Positions 40,676-50,832 are shown, counted from the first letter of the stretch. The stretch: 64,000 nt of DNA from Candidatus Latescibacterota bacterium (GCA_965237525.1 CBDEFO010000006.1:1-64000); one strand, 5' to 3'. Program-made: numbers and translations. The notes: generated by a model from the letters alone, not told the origin.

Positions 40676-41796
40676 CGCACTATCAATCCATCCCTGTCTA
40701 TCTTTACGTCGTCAAGTATATGCGCCGTCTGAACAGCGGCAAGTATAGACTCCCACAAGCTCCTGAGTTCTTCAATATTGTTATTGTTGTCCCCTAAAGC
40801 CCAGACGCATCCTCCGTCTCCGACTCCTGCCGATCCGAACCCGAACCCCAACTCCTCGGTCTCCTTCTGGAGCTTACGTCCAAAGGGCGTGATTCTATCT
40901 GAAAAGATCGAACAGCGTATTTCATTTTCCTCCCTTAAGAGTCCCGTTGCGCTCTCCCAATCTTTAGATTTCAAAGCTTCGGCAAAGTCGTGACCGATCT
41001 GATTTATTCTGAACCATTTGTCTTTTGTCTGACCGCCAAAAAAATCGAGGACATATTTTTCGTTTCCCTCCCTCGAATCGTGGATTCTTCCAAGATAGCA
41101 GAGCATGACTCTGGATTCGAGCTCCTCATAGTGATCATGATCGGTGATTATCACTTCTCTTGTGAATTTCTCACCGGATGAGGAGTAACGCCACGTCCAC
41201 CTGTTGACGCCTCCGAAGGCAGCCGCGCATTGATCCTGAAGGCCCGTGTAGCTGTAGCGCAGTCCATCTTCTATATCGTGCGCAAGCTGAGCTATAGCTC
41301 CTGAAGATAGTGGGGTCTTGCCCAAGATTTCATTTACCCTCGAAAGCGCAGCGATAACTGCAACAGCCAGCGTCCCTGATCCCCCAAGCCCACTCTTGGG
41401 CGGAGCCTGATAGGCAATCTCTATCCCCAGCCCGTGGAAGGAAAAATGGGAGACGATGGCGGATATCATCCCGAAGTGGCTGTCGAAGCGAATGTAGCTT
41501 TGAGGAAATTCTTCTGATGTCTCCACGTCCGTTATGAATATCCAGCCCGGTTTGTAGGGCCTTAATCTGACTGTGGTCCTGAGCGAAAGAGCTATATTTG
41601 TGGTGGAGGGAGATATGCTTTCGTATGGGAGAGCAAATGCCTTAAGATCCCAGGTTCCGCTTACGTCAACGCGGCACGGAGCAGAGGCCGTGATCTCTTC
41701 GTCCTTCAGAATATCGCCTATGTATGTGAGGCCTTCCACATTCGAGATCCCTAAAGGTCTGCAGGGGGCAGACGCATCTGCAGGAGGCAGACCCAT
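40672..41796 (-). CDS. GHMP kinase (HddA/heptose-phosphate kinase-like); true start may be ~41739
   Basis: [34 protein letters not shown]. Confidence 0.8.
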   Translation of the reverse strand: MGLPPADASAPCRPLGISNVEGLTYIGDILKDEEITASAPCRVDVSGTWDLKAFALPYESISPSTTNIALSLRTTVRLRPYKPGWIFITDVETSEEFPQSYIRFDSHFGMISAIVSHFSFHGLGIEIAYQAPPKSGLGGSGTLAVAVIAALSRVNEILGKTPLSSGAIAQLAHDIEDGLRYSYTGLQDQCAAAFGGVNRWTWRYSSSGEKFTREVIITDHDHYEELESRVMLCYLGRIHDSREGNEKYVLDFFGGQTKDKWFRINQIGHDFAEALKSKDWESATGLLREENEIRCSIFSDRITPFGRKLQKETEELGFGFGSAGVGDGGCVWALGDNNNNIEELRSLWESILAAVQTAHILDDVKIDRDGLIVR

Positions 41797-41877
41797 GTGT
41801 CTGCCCTGAAAATGTGGATAAATCTGGTGAACACGCCTGTCCCCGATAGAATCAATCGGGGATCTGTTCGCCTCTAC

Positions 41878-42987
41878 TTACGATCTACTGTAGAACGGGA
41901 GTGCCACCACCTGCGCCCTTTTCTCTGTCCCATCTATGGATATAAGAAGTTCATTTCCAGGATCGGTGTACTTCCTGTGGACGTATCCGAGGGCCACGGT
42001 CTTTTCGAGCAGAGGGGAGAAAATTGCGCTGGTTATGACGCCGACCTGTTTGTCGTCTTTGAATAGCTGTTCTCCCTTTACAGGAGGCAGATCGCACTCT
42101 ATCTCCAGGCCTACTATGTGCTTGTTGACCCTGCCTCTATATTTGATCATAGCAATCGTTTCCTGACCGACGTAGCAGCCGCTTCCGTCCGGACTTGTGA
42201 GCTGCTTTTCGTAGTTTATGGCCCTTTCCTCAAGGCCGGCTTCAGGGGGCATTATGTTCTCGTCCATGTCCGGACCATATTTAGGTATGCCCGCCTCTAT
42301 TCTGAGAGCGTCCAGGGCCTCCAGACCGACGGGAGTTGCGTCGCTATGGCCATCTTTACAGAGGGCATTCCAAAGCGGCTCCAACGAATCTACCGGAGCA
42401 AAGATATGGTAGCCGATCTCTCCCGTATAGATCGTCCGCGCGATAGTAAGTTCCCAATCTCCAAACTCGGCCGCTGCATAGTGATTCTCCCCAAGGTCGG
42501 GAAGTTGCATGTTAAGCACTGCACTAATAAGCTCTGTGGATTGTGGACCTTGCACGCATATAGTTCCCAATTGTTCTGTTACGTCCTCCATGTGCACATC
42601 GTCTGCGATTATGTACTTATCCAGGTTTTGATACGCCTTCTCTCTGTTTTGAGGTTCCACATCTACAAGCAAAGAGTCCTGGAAGCAATAGACGTTCATA
42701 TCGAAGATCATCTTTCCGTTGTGCGTGAGCATAGCGGCGTAGGCCCCCATTCCTTCCTCAAGGACGTACACGTCGTTCGTGACCATCCTGTTGAGGAACA
42801 CCTTCCTGTCCTCCCCCGTCATTCTGATCTGGGCTCTGTGTCCCACATCCGCAATCCCTACACCACTTCTGACTTTAAGATGCTCCCCACGGAAATCTCC
42901 GTAGTGGGAAGGCATCTCCCAGCCTTCGTAATCGGCAAATACCGCGCCAAGTCGTGCATGTATGCTATATATTGGAGATCTGAACAT
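41878..42987 (-). CDS. GcvT/YgfZ-family folate-binding protein
   Basis: WEMPSHYG, YTGEIG, LRIEAG, GCYVGQE, ALGYV. Confidence 0.9.
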   Translation of the reverse strand: MFRSPIYSIHARLGAVFADYEGWEMPSHYGDFRGEHLKVRSGVGIADVGHRAQIRMTGEDRKVFLNRMVTNDVYVLEEGMGAYAAMLTHNGKMIFDMNVYCFQDSLLVDVEPQNREKAYQNLDKYIIADDVHMEDVTEQLGTICVQGPQSTELISAVLNMQLPDLGENHYAAAEFGDWELTIARTIYTGEIGYHIFAPVDSLEPLWNALCKDGHSDATPVGLEALDALRIEAGIPKYGPDMDENIMPPEAGLEERAINYEKQLTSPDGSGCYVGQETIAMIKYRGRVNKHIVGLEIECDLPPVKGEQLFKDDKQVGVITSAIFSPLLEKTVALGYVHRKYTDPGNELLISIDGTEKRAQVVALPFYSRS

Positions 42988-43248
42988 GACTGTTCTTCCG
43001 TCATAATCAAGTAGACAGCATGCAAGGAGATTGCTTCGGGGCTTTGCGCCCCTTGCAATGAAAAAGGGCCGAAGCCAAACAATGTCATTGCGGTGAGCCG
43101 AAGTCCAGAGCGAAGCGATCCCAGATTGAATCTATCGGAGGCAGCGAAGCAATCTTGTAGGGGCGAGGTTCCCTCGCCCAAGAGCTGGGTCACCCAGCCC
43201 CTACATTCAAGGAGTGGGCAGCGCTACCCCGTCTATCCCCGACTGAAC

Positions 43249-44991
43249 CTATCGGGGACTACTGTCTACTGTATTTCTATTGGTTATAGGTAGCCTTCTG
43301 TCCTTTCCGAACGCCCTCGGAGTTATCTTTATGCCAGGCGGGGCCTGCCGGCGCTTGTACTCGTTTCTGTCCACCATCTCGATAACCCGCTTTACAACCG
43401 CCTCATCGAAGCCGAGCGATACTATCTCCTGAAGGCTCCTGTCCTGTTCCACATAGGCCTCAAGTATAGGGTCGAGCGTGGAATAAGGCGGCAGACTGTC
43501 CACATCCCTTTGGTCCGGTTTCAACTCAGCGGACGGCTCCCTTTTTATTACGCTTTTCGGTATAATCTCTATCCCCTCTTTTGAGTTCCTGTATTCTGAG
43601 AGTTCATAGACGAGAGTCTTATATATGTCCTTTATGACTGAAAAGCCACCGGCCATATCCCCGTAGAGCGTCGCGTAGCCGACACCGGTTTCACTCTTAT
43701 TGCCCGTCACAAGGACGAGCCATCCGAATTTGTTAGAGAGCGCCATAAGTAGGTTGCCGCGTATGCGCGCTTGAATATTTTCCTCCGCAACGCCGGGTTC
43801 CAAGCCTCTAAACTCTTCCTCAAGCGTCTTTATGTAAGTTTCAAAGATAGCGTCTATCCGGAGAGTTATAAGCTGTATCTCGAGGTTTTTCACCAGTTTG
43901 ACGGAGTCAGATTTAGTGCCCTCAGATGAATAGACCGACGGCATAGTCACTCCGACCACGTTTTCGGGGCCAAGAGCGTCCACAGCTATGACTGCCGCAA
44001 GCGATGAATCTATCCCTCCGCTCAAGCCTACAAGGACCCTTTCACACCTGTTCTTCTTCACATAGTCTCTAACACCGAGCACAAGGGCGTTGTATATCTC
44101 CTCAAGCCTGCTGTTGGACTCTACATTCCTTTCGGGTAGTGGAGGCTTGTCAACCCTAAGCTCTATGGGGGAAAGTTCTATTCTCCTCAAAGTGTCCTTC
44201 AGGGACTCCTTTTCGCCTCTGCGTCGAGGGTCGTGAAGCCTCTGTCGGAAGACAGCGTCCGCATCCAGGTCTGCTACGATCAGATCCTCTTCAAACTGCT
44301 TTCCCCTTGCGATGAGTTCCCCACTCTCGTCGAAGATAAGGCTCCCTCCGTCGAAGACGAGCTCGTCCTGTCCGCCGACTAAATTGACCATTGCCACTAT
44401 GGCCGTGTTGTCGAAGGCTCTTGTGGAGAGCATCCTCTCTCTGAGTGAGCCCTTCCCAGCGTGGTACGGTGAGGATGAGATGTTGATTATGATCTCTGCG
44501 TCTCCAGCAAGGGCCTGCACCTTGGTGGGGCCTCCCGGATACCATATATCTTCACAGATGTTCACTCCAACAGTCATATCGTTAACTGCAAAGACGACGG
44601 ATTCTGAGCCGGGCTGGAAGTATCTGTTCTCGTCGAAGACGCCGTAATTGGGAAGGTAGGATTTGTGATATACTCCACAGAGCTTTCCGTTACAGATTAC
44701 GGCCGCGGCGTTGTATACGTCGTCTGCCCTATCCGCGAATCCGACTATGCAGATAATGGAACTGGAGGCTTCGACTATCTCCTCGAGACAGCGCAGGTTA
44801 GCTTCTATGAATTCGGGCTTGAAGAGCAGATCTTCAGGGGGATATCCAGCTATGGCAAGTTCGGGAAAAGCTACAATGTCCGCGCCGACCTTTCTTGAGC
44901 GCTCAAGATAGTCCAATATCCTCTTCTTATTCCCGACAAGATCCCCGACAGTGGGGTTTATCTGGGCCAATGCAAGCCTTAAAGTTCGCAT
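43249..44991 (-). CDS. nadE: Glutamine-dependent NAD+ synthetase
   Basis: Nitrilase domain FPEL/ICEDIW, GLSGGIDS, ENIQAR.RG, TGNKSE, EYKRRQ. Confidence 0.97.
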   Translation of the reverse strand: MRTLRLALAQINPTVGDLVGNKKRILDYLERSRKVGADIVAFPELAIAGYPPEDLLFKPEFIEANLRCLEEIVEASSSIICIVGFADRADDVYNAAAVICNGKLCGVYHKSYLPNYGVFDENRYFQPGSESVVFAVNDMTVGVNICEDIWYPGGPTKVQALAGDAEIIINISSSPYHAGKGSLRERMLSTRAFDNTAIVAMVNLVGGQDELVFDGGSLIFDESGELIARGKQFEEDLIVADLDADAVFRQRLHDPRRRGEKESLKDTLRRIELSPIELRVDKPPLPERNVESNSRLEEIYNALVLGVRDYVKKNRCERVLVGLSGGIDSSLAAVIAVDALGPENVVGVTMPSVYSSEGTKSDSVKLVKNLEIQLITLRIDAIFETYIKTLEEEFRGLEPGVAEENIQARIRGNLLMALSNKFGWLVLVTGNKSETGVGYATLYGDMAGGFSVIKDIYKTLVYELSEYRNSKEGIEIIPKSVIKREPSAELKPDQRDVDSLPPYSTLDPILEAYVEQDRSLQEIVSLGFDEAVVKRVIEMVDRNEYKRRQAPPGIKITPRAFGKDRRLPITNRNTVDSSPR

Positions 44992-45067
44992 AGTCCCTGC
45001 CAAGGTTTAAAGCCGTCGAGTCCTAGGTTTGAGCTTACGTAAAGAATACCCGTTTAGATAATTCCTA

Positions 45068-45367
45068 TCAGAAGGTCCATTTCTGTTCCCGAAATAGCTG
45101 TAACATATTCAGCCATTGCATACCCAAAGCATTGCAAACATCCGGTATATGCGGTCTATTCGGACGATTAGTTGGTCTTTCACCGGTAATTACCTTACAT
45201 TCCTCAACCTGGGCCAGAGCAATTACAAAGGGATCAGCACCGGAGCGACTCTTTCGCTCGTCGATTAGTTTTTCGTGATTTCGAAGAATGTTCGAGACAG
45301 CGCGTTGGATCTCCTCATTGGTTGGGACCAACATATGTTCACGTTCCTTCACCCACTCGCAAACCTC
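45068..45367 (-). pseudogene. DUF4411 (PIN-like) gene, 3' half
   Basis: ADPFVIALA, VITGE, HIPDVC. Confidence 0.8.
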
Positions 45368-45487
45368 GCGCCCCGTCAAGCAGAAACGATCGCAGCGAAT
45401 TCCTGCTTGACGTTTCAGTGCCTCTGAACCGCGACAGCGGTTGGGCTAAGGCGCGAAGCGCGGAAGCCGTGCATAGTCCTGTTATGA
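45368..45487 (-). other. Truncated long attC-like site
   Basis: Starts TCATAAC on the minus strand, complementary to the GTTATGA core at 47266-47260; shares a hairpin with ~47303-47342. Confidence 0.6.
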
Positions 45488-45551
45488 TACGTTCAGCCCA
45501 CACCGAGCTTGGCAGGAAGGGAAACTCGGTGACTTGGTGCTTCTGCCTTTC

Positions 45552-46022
45552 TTAATTCGGGTCAAGTAAGTTAGCAAGCTTGCTTATGATATCTCGGATG
45601 TGGGCATAGTAATCCCGGATTTGATTGAATGAAACAGCTACAGGATTTCCATGAGCAATTTGATTCCTTAAGTCAACAACGCTATTCAGGGCGGCTTCTC
45701 GTTCATCAGTAACAAAAGCTTCGATTTGGGTGCGCCAATCAGTATCAAAGTTACCCATAAGCTGCAGCAGGCTCTCCTTATTGACATTCGCGAGTCTTTT
45801 TATTCTAGATTCAACGTATCTCTGGACATTCGGTGAGGAAGTCGTTCGGCAATAAGCAAGAACTAACGCCACTACCGCCTTTTCAACATAGCCAGAGACC
45901 AAAATGCACAGATAGCGAGCGAAATCCGCCCGTATTTCCAAATCTGCGCCGAGCTGATCTACCCGAGAAAAGGTTCTATCTAAGCGCTGTTCAAGTCTTG
46001 TTATAGCAAATCGTCCGTTCAT
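45552..46022 (-). CDS. HEPN-domain protein
   Basis: RNQIAHG (Rx4H) motif; overlaps the DUF262 stop codon. Confidence 0.85.
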   Translation of the reverse strand: MNGRFAITRLEQRLDRTFSRVDQLGADLEIRADFARYLCILVSGYVEKAVVALVLAYCRTTSSPNVQRYVESRIKRLANVNKESLLQLMGNFDTDWRTQIEAFVTDEREAALNSVVDLRNQIAHGNPVAVSFNQIRDYYAHIRDIISKLANLLDPN

Positions 46023-47161
46023 TTCACGCTGGCGAAAACTGACTCAGCTTTACTAAGACGAACTCGGACGCTCTCCTCGTTGGCTGTCGCGCGTTGTATT
46101 GCTGACTGAAAGTCAGAATCATCAAGAAGTTTATTATATGCCTGGTTTAGTTGGCTTATATCTTTAGGAGGTTCCCCTTTAAGTACCCTTTTGGCGACAC
46201 CTGACATTACAGCATCCAGAATTGCTGCGTTCACGGCTCGTTGAGGTTTGAATGCTTTAGGTCCAATCCCCTCTGCAACTGCCTCGATAGTCGATGTAAA
46301 CGTATGAACTAACTGATGCTTGCTCTGTACTTGTAGGTCCATGTTCGAAGCCATATAGCGATTCAGAAACACTTTCATAGGACTACTGTAATTGTCTCCA
46401 GAATATAGGAGAGCAAAAAAGCGGAGAATTAACTCCAAGTCTTTCAGTCGCCGAGATTTTGGCCCGTAGAGCTTCCTCCAAGTGGGATTTTCATTGAGGT
46501 CAGTTAGTACACGTACGAATTCGCCATGGTAGAGGGCAACTCGAATCTCCTGCGGCTGTAGGATCGTGCCTCCCGAGTTTAGCCGTTCAAAGATGAGATA
46601 TATACTACTTTGATCTTCCGAGGGTTCCTCCTGTCGAACTATAGTCGCATGTATAATGCTATTATCTAGCCGCCTGCGATCTTCCGGATCTAAGTCCTTA
46701 TACCGAAGGCTTTGAAATCTCTTCTGAACTTTTTCCAGCTTAAATTCCCGCTGCTGTAATACCCCCTCGTAAAATCCCTGGAGGGTTTTTAGGCGTTGGT
46801 GACCATCTAAGACTAGGAGTACGCCACTCGGGGTTTTGACTAGAAAAATCCCAGGAACGGGAAGGCCAAGAAGTAGGGACTCAATAAATCTATCCGATTG
46901 GGATTTAGTCCAAACAAATTCACGCTGAAAGCCTATGACCTCTACCTCATTATTATTAGGGTCCCAGTTAAAGACTGGTACGACGATATCTCCTGTTTGT
47001 ATACGCTTCACCAAGCCATCTACAGGGTAATCCGCTCCATACGAAGTAATTTCGAAAGTAAAGGGTATTACTGCGTCATCTTCACTTAGGTCAAGAACTT
47101 CGCTATTCTCAACGAATACGAGTTCATCACTTTGCGCTGATTTCTTTTTTATAGAACTCAC
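46019..47161 (-). CDS. DUF262 (GmrSD/ParB-like) protein
   Basis: FQREFVW, FIESLLLGLP.P, DGHQRL, IFERLNSGG. Confidence 0.92.
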   Translation of the reverse strand: MSSIKKKSAQSDELVFVENSEVLDLSEDDAVIPFTFEITSYGADYPVDGLVKRIQTGDIVVPVFNWDPNNNEVEVIGFQREFVWTKSQSDRFIESLLLGLPVPGIFLVKTPSGVLLVLDGHQRLKTLQGFYEGVLQQREFKLEKVQKRFQSLRYKDLDPEDRRRLDNSIIHATIVRQEEPSEDQSSIYLIFERLNSGGTILQPQEIRVALYHGEFVRVLTDLNENPTWRKLYGPKSRRLKDLELILRFFALLYSGDNYSSPMKVFLNRYMASNMDLQVQSKHQLVHTFTSTIEAVAEGIGPKAFKPQRAVNAAILDAVMSGVAKRVLKGEPPKDISQLNQAYNKLLDDSDFQSAIQRATANEESVRVRLSKAESVFASVK

Positions 47162-47259
47162 CGGGATGCCTCCTATTTACTGTCTGTAGAGCGCTCATTC
47201 CTCCGTATAAATCTCAAATTGTGCGGCCAGGGATGGCCGCTTCTAGGGGGTGTATGTTC

Positions 47260-47342
47260 TCATAACGGGGCGCCGCCGCAGATAGGCTAAAGTTTGCTGC
47301 GCCCCGATAAGCAGAAACGAGCGCAACGAATTTCTGCTTATC
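47260..47342 (-). other. 3' part of an attC-like site upstream of the DUF262 cassette
   Basis: GGGGCGC...GCGCCCC-GTTATGA on the minus strand; 12-bp stem GATAAGCAGAAA/TTTCTGCTTATC. Confidence 0.6.
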
Positions 47343-47391
47343 TTGTTTATATCCGAACTATTTCTCATATCTTTCCATCTCGGTGTGATAT

Positions 47392-47548
47392 CCGAAGTTC
47401 CCATATACATCCCTCTGAGTGAAAGACCAACATTGCTTTGTTTTCCCTTCATTTTTCGGCTTCTTGCTCTTCAAATAACCTATCAAGTGCACTTTTTACA
47501 GATGCAAGGTTTCTTATGCTTACATGCGTATAAATCTCAGTAGTCTTG
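47392..47548 (-). mobile_element. Possible IS1380-like right-end remnant
   Basis: CCGAAGTTCCCATAT resembles IRR CCGACATTCCCCATAT; non-coding and AT-rich. Confidence 0.45.
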
Positions 47549-47669
47549 CAATTAAAACTCCCTGATCAATCAATCCATCTATCTTATTCCACACGGGAGG
47601 GAAAACATCTGGAGGATAATACCTTCTCCATCCGTCCAGAATTGCGCTCGTATCAATGCTGTACTTCAA
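47549..47669 (-). pseudogene. DUF4411 gene, 5' part (frameshifted)
   Basis: LKYSIDTSAILDGWRRYYPPDVFPPVW; TTG overlaps the stop of the upstream gene. Confidence 0.8.
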
Positions 47670-48874
47670 ATAAGGGCTCCAAATTCAATTGAATGTCCCA
47701 TTACTTCGCTCTGGATTTTCCCCACGTGTTTAAGTTTAATGTTAAGGAAATCAGAAAGATCACTGGCAGTGATATTCTCTTCGTAGTAGTTATTCAATAC
47801 TAGGCGAATAAACAATCGCCCTTCATTGCTGATCACCTTGCGGTAATAGAGCGGATAGCCTTCCTGAGGCTCTGCTTTACTTTTCTTATATTCTTCATCA
47901 AGTTCTTTTTTCTTTTTCCGATAACAATCTTGGGTTGTGAGGTTGAAAATCAATAGCCGACCAAGTATAACTTCGCGACTAACTCCATACGTTTTGGCCA
48001 ACTCTGAGATCTCATCGTCCGACCACTCGGCTATTGGCCCATGCTGCAACACAAGATCTTCCTTCAGAAGGTCATCCTTCGGTACTAGAATTGCCCCTGC
48101 TACTCTGTTGCAGAACACTTCTACGAACTTTCGTTCAGGTAGATATTCTGGCTCATCTTCTAAGTTGCACAATCCTCCATCCTGCAGCATGATGTGAACA
48201 AATTCGTGAAGAATTGTAAAGATGCGTCCATAAGTTGAATCTTTACTATTCATTACTACTGCGGGTAAGTGAGTTTCACTAATGGAGAAGCCTCTCATTT
48301 CGGACAGATCGACATCAGTTGCCTGGAAGACAAGTACCATTAACTCTTCTAGAGACGATCTCCAAAAGTTTAAAGCATCATAGCCATCTCGCAACTTAGT
48401 TTGATTTTCATAAGTAACGCCAAGAAATTCGCGGATACGCATTGACAGTCTTTCGGGGTCGTCTGAAATACGGGCTTTCGCGGAAAACTGAGGCAACGCA
48501 CCCTCTAACTCCTCGTACAACTCAACTGCTATTTCTCTGCGTTCGTGTGCGCGACGAATTTCTAATCGAAGCTGCGGTGATTCAGAGCCCGCGACTTATC
48601 CGGGGAGGCGACGGAAATCTTTCATCGGTTGGAAGTCTTTGGGAGGCTCTGGTAGGTAGAATACAGCTATTGGTCGCTTGTAGGCATTTCCCAACTTGCG
48701 AAGTTGCTTTACCGTGGGACGTACCGTGGGACGCCCCTTGCCCGATTCCCAGCTTTCGAGACGCCCTGGTCCTACTTGCACCTTCTTCGCCGCTTGATCT
48801 AGACTTAAACCCGCGCTTGTTCTCGCCCAAACTAGCAATTCAGGCTGTACCATAGCTTCTACACGTTTTGCCAT
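47666..48874 (-). pseudogene. XRE-HTH plus ImmA/IrrE metallopeptidase with a premature TAA at 48596-48598
   Basis: HTH (WAR..AGLS..WESG..PT), DFRR; the frame continues past the TAA to HEFVH. Confidence 0.88.
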
Positions 48875-49097
48875 TGGGATCCTCAAGATTATACCACCAT
48901 CGAACGATGAATCCTAACACCTTCTCCGGTAGCGTTCTCTATCAAGATTATACGCCATGCCAGAAGGTTTGTCAATGGTATTTTGGAACTCGTTTTTCAA
49001 AAGAAGGAGGGGACGAAAGCAGAGTCGTCCCCTCTACGCGATATATGCCTCTTACCGAATAGGATAAAGCTTCCAAGCGTCCCAGACGAGTTGAGAA

Positions 49098-49733
49098 TCA
49101 TAACTTGCGCATAAGACCGATGACCTTTCCAGCTATCCTGAACCCCCTGGAGTTCTTGTTGACCACTATGGGTTCGTATTTCTTCTTTCTGTTTTCAGAC
49201 AGCAGGCGGATGAGGAACTTTTCGGGCTGGTAACGCTTGACTGTGGCTTCTTCTCCCACTATGGCGACTACTATGTCGCCTTTGTCGGCGGATTCTTGCT
49301 GTCGGGTAAGGACGTAGTCTCCATCGAAGATGCCGATGTCCTCCATGCTGTCTCCCTGAACTGTTAAAGCGAAGACGTTATCGCCATCTGAGGAGACAAA
49401 GCTCCTATCTACAGCCAGCGTACCTTCGATGTTCTCGACAGCAAGTATGGGCTCTCCTGCGGCAACCTTTCCAACTATCGGGATGTCCCTGACACCCTCT
49501 AGGGGAACTCTTTGTATGTAGTCGGTAAGTTCGATCCCTCTGGAAAGAAAGGGGTTGCGCTTGATGAAGCCCTTCTTTTCGATAGCAAAAAGGGTCGATC
49601 TGACGCCGTTGGTAGAGGAGATTCCAAATTGCTTCATCATGTCGCGGATCGTCGGAGGATAGCCCCTCACCTTGATCGACTCGACTATGAAGTCGTAGAA
49701 CTGCTTTTGTCTTTTAGTAAGTTCCTTTCGCAT
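49098..49733 (-). CDS. lexA: SOS repressor LexA
   Basis: LTKRQ, GYPPTIR, VAAGEP, GDSM, ATVKR. Confidence 0.97.
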   Translation of the reverse strand: MRKELTKRQKQFYDFIVESIKVRGYPPTIRDMMKQFGISSTNGVRSTLFAIEKKGFIKRNPFLSRGIELTDYIQRVPLEGVRDIPIVGKVAAGEPILAVENIEGTLAVDRSFVSSDGDNVFALTVQGDSMEDIGIFDGDYVLTRQQESADKGDIVVAIVGEEATVKRYQPEKFLIRLLSENRKKKYEPIVVNKNSRGFRIAGKVIGLMRKL

Positions 49734-49808
49734 TTAGGACCCCCTTATCCTTGTTGCTTATTGGAATACTACAGTTGTGAACGCCTTATCTTCGACTTGT
49801 CAACTTAT

Positions 49809-49837
49809 AATATAGTGAACACCTGTTCATTTGTCAA
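49809..49837 (-). promoter_or_regulatory. lexA promoter with candidate SOS box TGAAC-N4-GTTCA in the spacer
   Basis: TTGACA-aatgaacaggtgttcac-TATATT; palindrome at 49816-49829. Confidence 0.75.
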
Positions 49838-49984
49838 CTAAAATCTTTAAATAAGTGCAAAAAAATATTCCAGCCAAGACAGCAAGACAGTAGACAGGCG
49901 AGATTGCCTCGGGGTTTGCACCCCGCAATGACTGAGGTCAGTAGACAGTAGTCAGGGGAGGAGCAGGCATGCCCTGTATGCTGT

Positions 49985-50014
49985 CTACCCCCGACTGAAT
50001 CTATCGGGGGCTAC
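49985..50014. repeat. Type copy of the CCCCGA..TCGGGG micro-palindrome, flanked by CTAC
   Basis: About 17 loci: 2553, 7525, 12977, 13045, 13176, 15584, 22042, 23426, 24870, 24960, 26515, 33130, 41841, 43120, 43237, 49989, 51140. Confidence 0.9.
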
Positions 50015-50801
50015 TGTCTACTTGTCTGGTGGCTACGACAAAGATGAAAGCCCCTTTTCTGGACAGGCTATTGAAGAGCCGATCGAGGATTCTCCAGAAT
50101 ATATAGGGAACTTTGATGGAACGTTCTGGCAGACGGATAAGTTCCAAGAATTTGTGGGCAACGATCTCCCACTTTACGGCCGTGAGGCCGTGCCTTTTCA
50201 GATAATCTTCAAGGATCTTCTCATCGAAGGTTCTAATATGAGCGTTGGAGGGAGTAAGCTTGTTGCAGTGGATGCAAAGATGCCAGCGCAGTTTCTCTCT
50301 ATAAGGAGTGCTGACAAAGAGCCTCCCCCCCGGTTTCAAAAGTCGGCTAACCTCTTCCAACGCCGTGTCCAGGTCTTCAAGGTGCTCCACAACTTCGGAA
50401 AGGACGACAGAGTCGAAGGCCGCGCGCGTCTTGCCACAACCGTCTGGTCCTCCTTGTCCACCGCGGGCGATATAGGGGAGGTTATAGATGTCGCCTGCAG
50501 TGAAAAAGGCGATCTTTGGAAAGAGCCTTTTGGCCTTCTTCACCCCTAAGCGGGAGATGTCACAGGCGTAGACGGACGCTCCGGCCTCGGTCAACATATC
50601 AGAAAGCCATCCTGAGCCGCATCCCACTTCGAGTACGAGGTCACCTTTTTGTGGCTTGAGGATCTTGACTATTGTCAGGAGTCTGCGCTGTTCAGATTCT
50701 CTTTGTCCCGCGGGAAGATCTTCAGGAGGGACGATCTCTAGAGCGTCAAGTCTGTAGTGCTCTTTGTAGTCAGCGTAGGATAATGAACGTTCCGTCTCCA
50801 A
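50001..50801 (-). CDS. Class I SAM-dependent methyltransferase
   Basis: VLEVGCGSG, SEVVEHL, LKPGG, CIHC. Confidence 0.9.
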   Translation of the reverse strand: METERSLSYADYKEHYRLDALEIVPPEDLPAGQRESEQRRLLTIVKILKPQKGDLVLEVGCGSGWLSDMLTEAGASVYACDISRLGVKKAKRLFPKIAFFTAGDIYNLPYIARGGQGGPDGCGKTRAAFDSVVLSEVVEHLEDLDTALEEVSRLLKPGGRLFVSTPYREKLRWHLCIHCNKLTPSNAHIRTFDEKILEDYLKRHGLTAVKWEIVAHKFLELIRLPERSIKVPYIFWRILDRLFNSLSRKGAFIFVVATRQVDSSPR

Positions 50802-50832
50802 GCTTTTCTCTCCAGGGTCTCTGCGCTCGCTA

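Noticed and set aside
42858..43293. Small ORFs in repeat clusters (also 22002, 23554, 32899, 33015)
   Set aside because: They are translations of REP mosaics with no independent coding evidence.
48520..48598. Two separate genes (HTH and peptidase) or a programmed frameshift
   Set aside because: Both ORFs are in the same frame, separated by a single TAA with coding-like sequence between; a nonsense mutation is the simpler reading.
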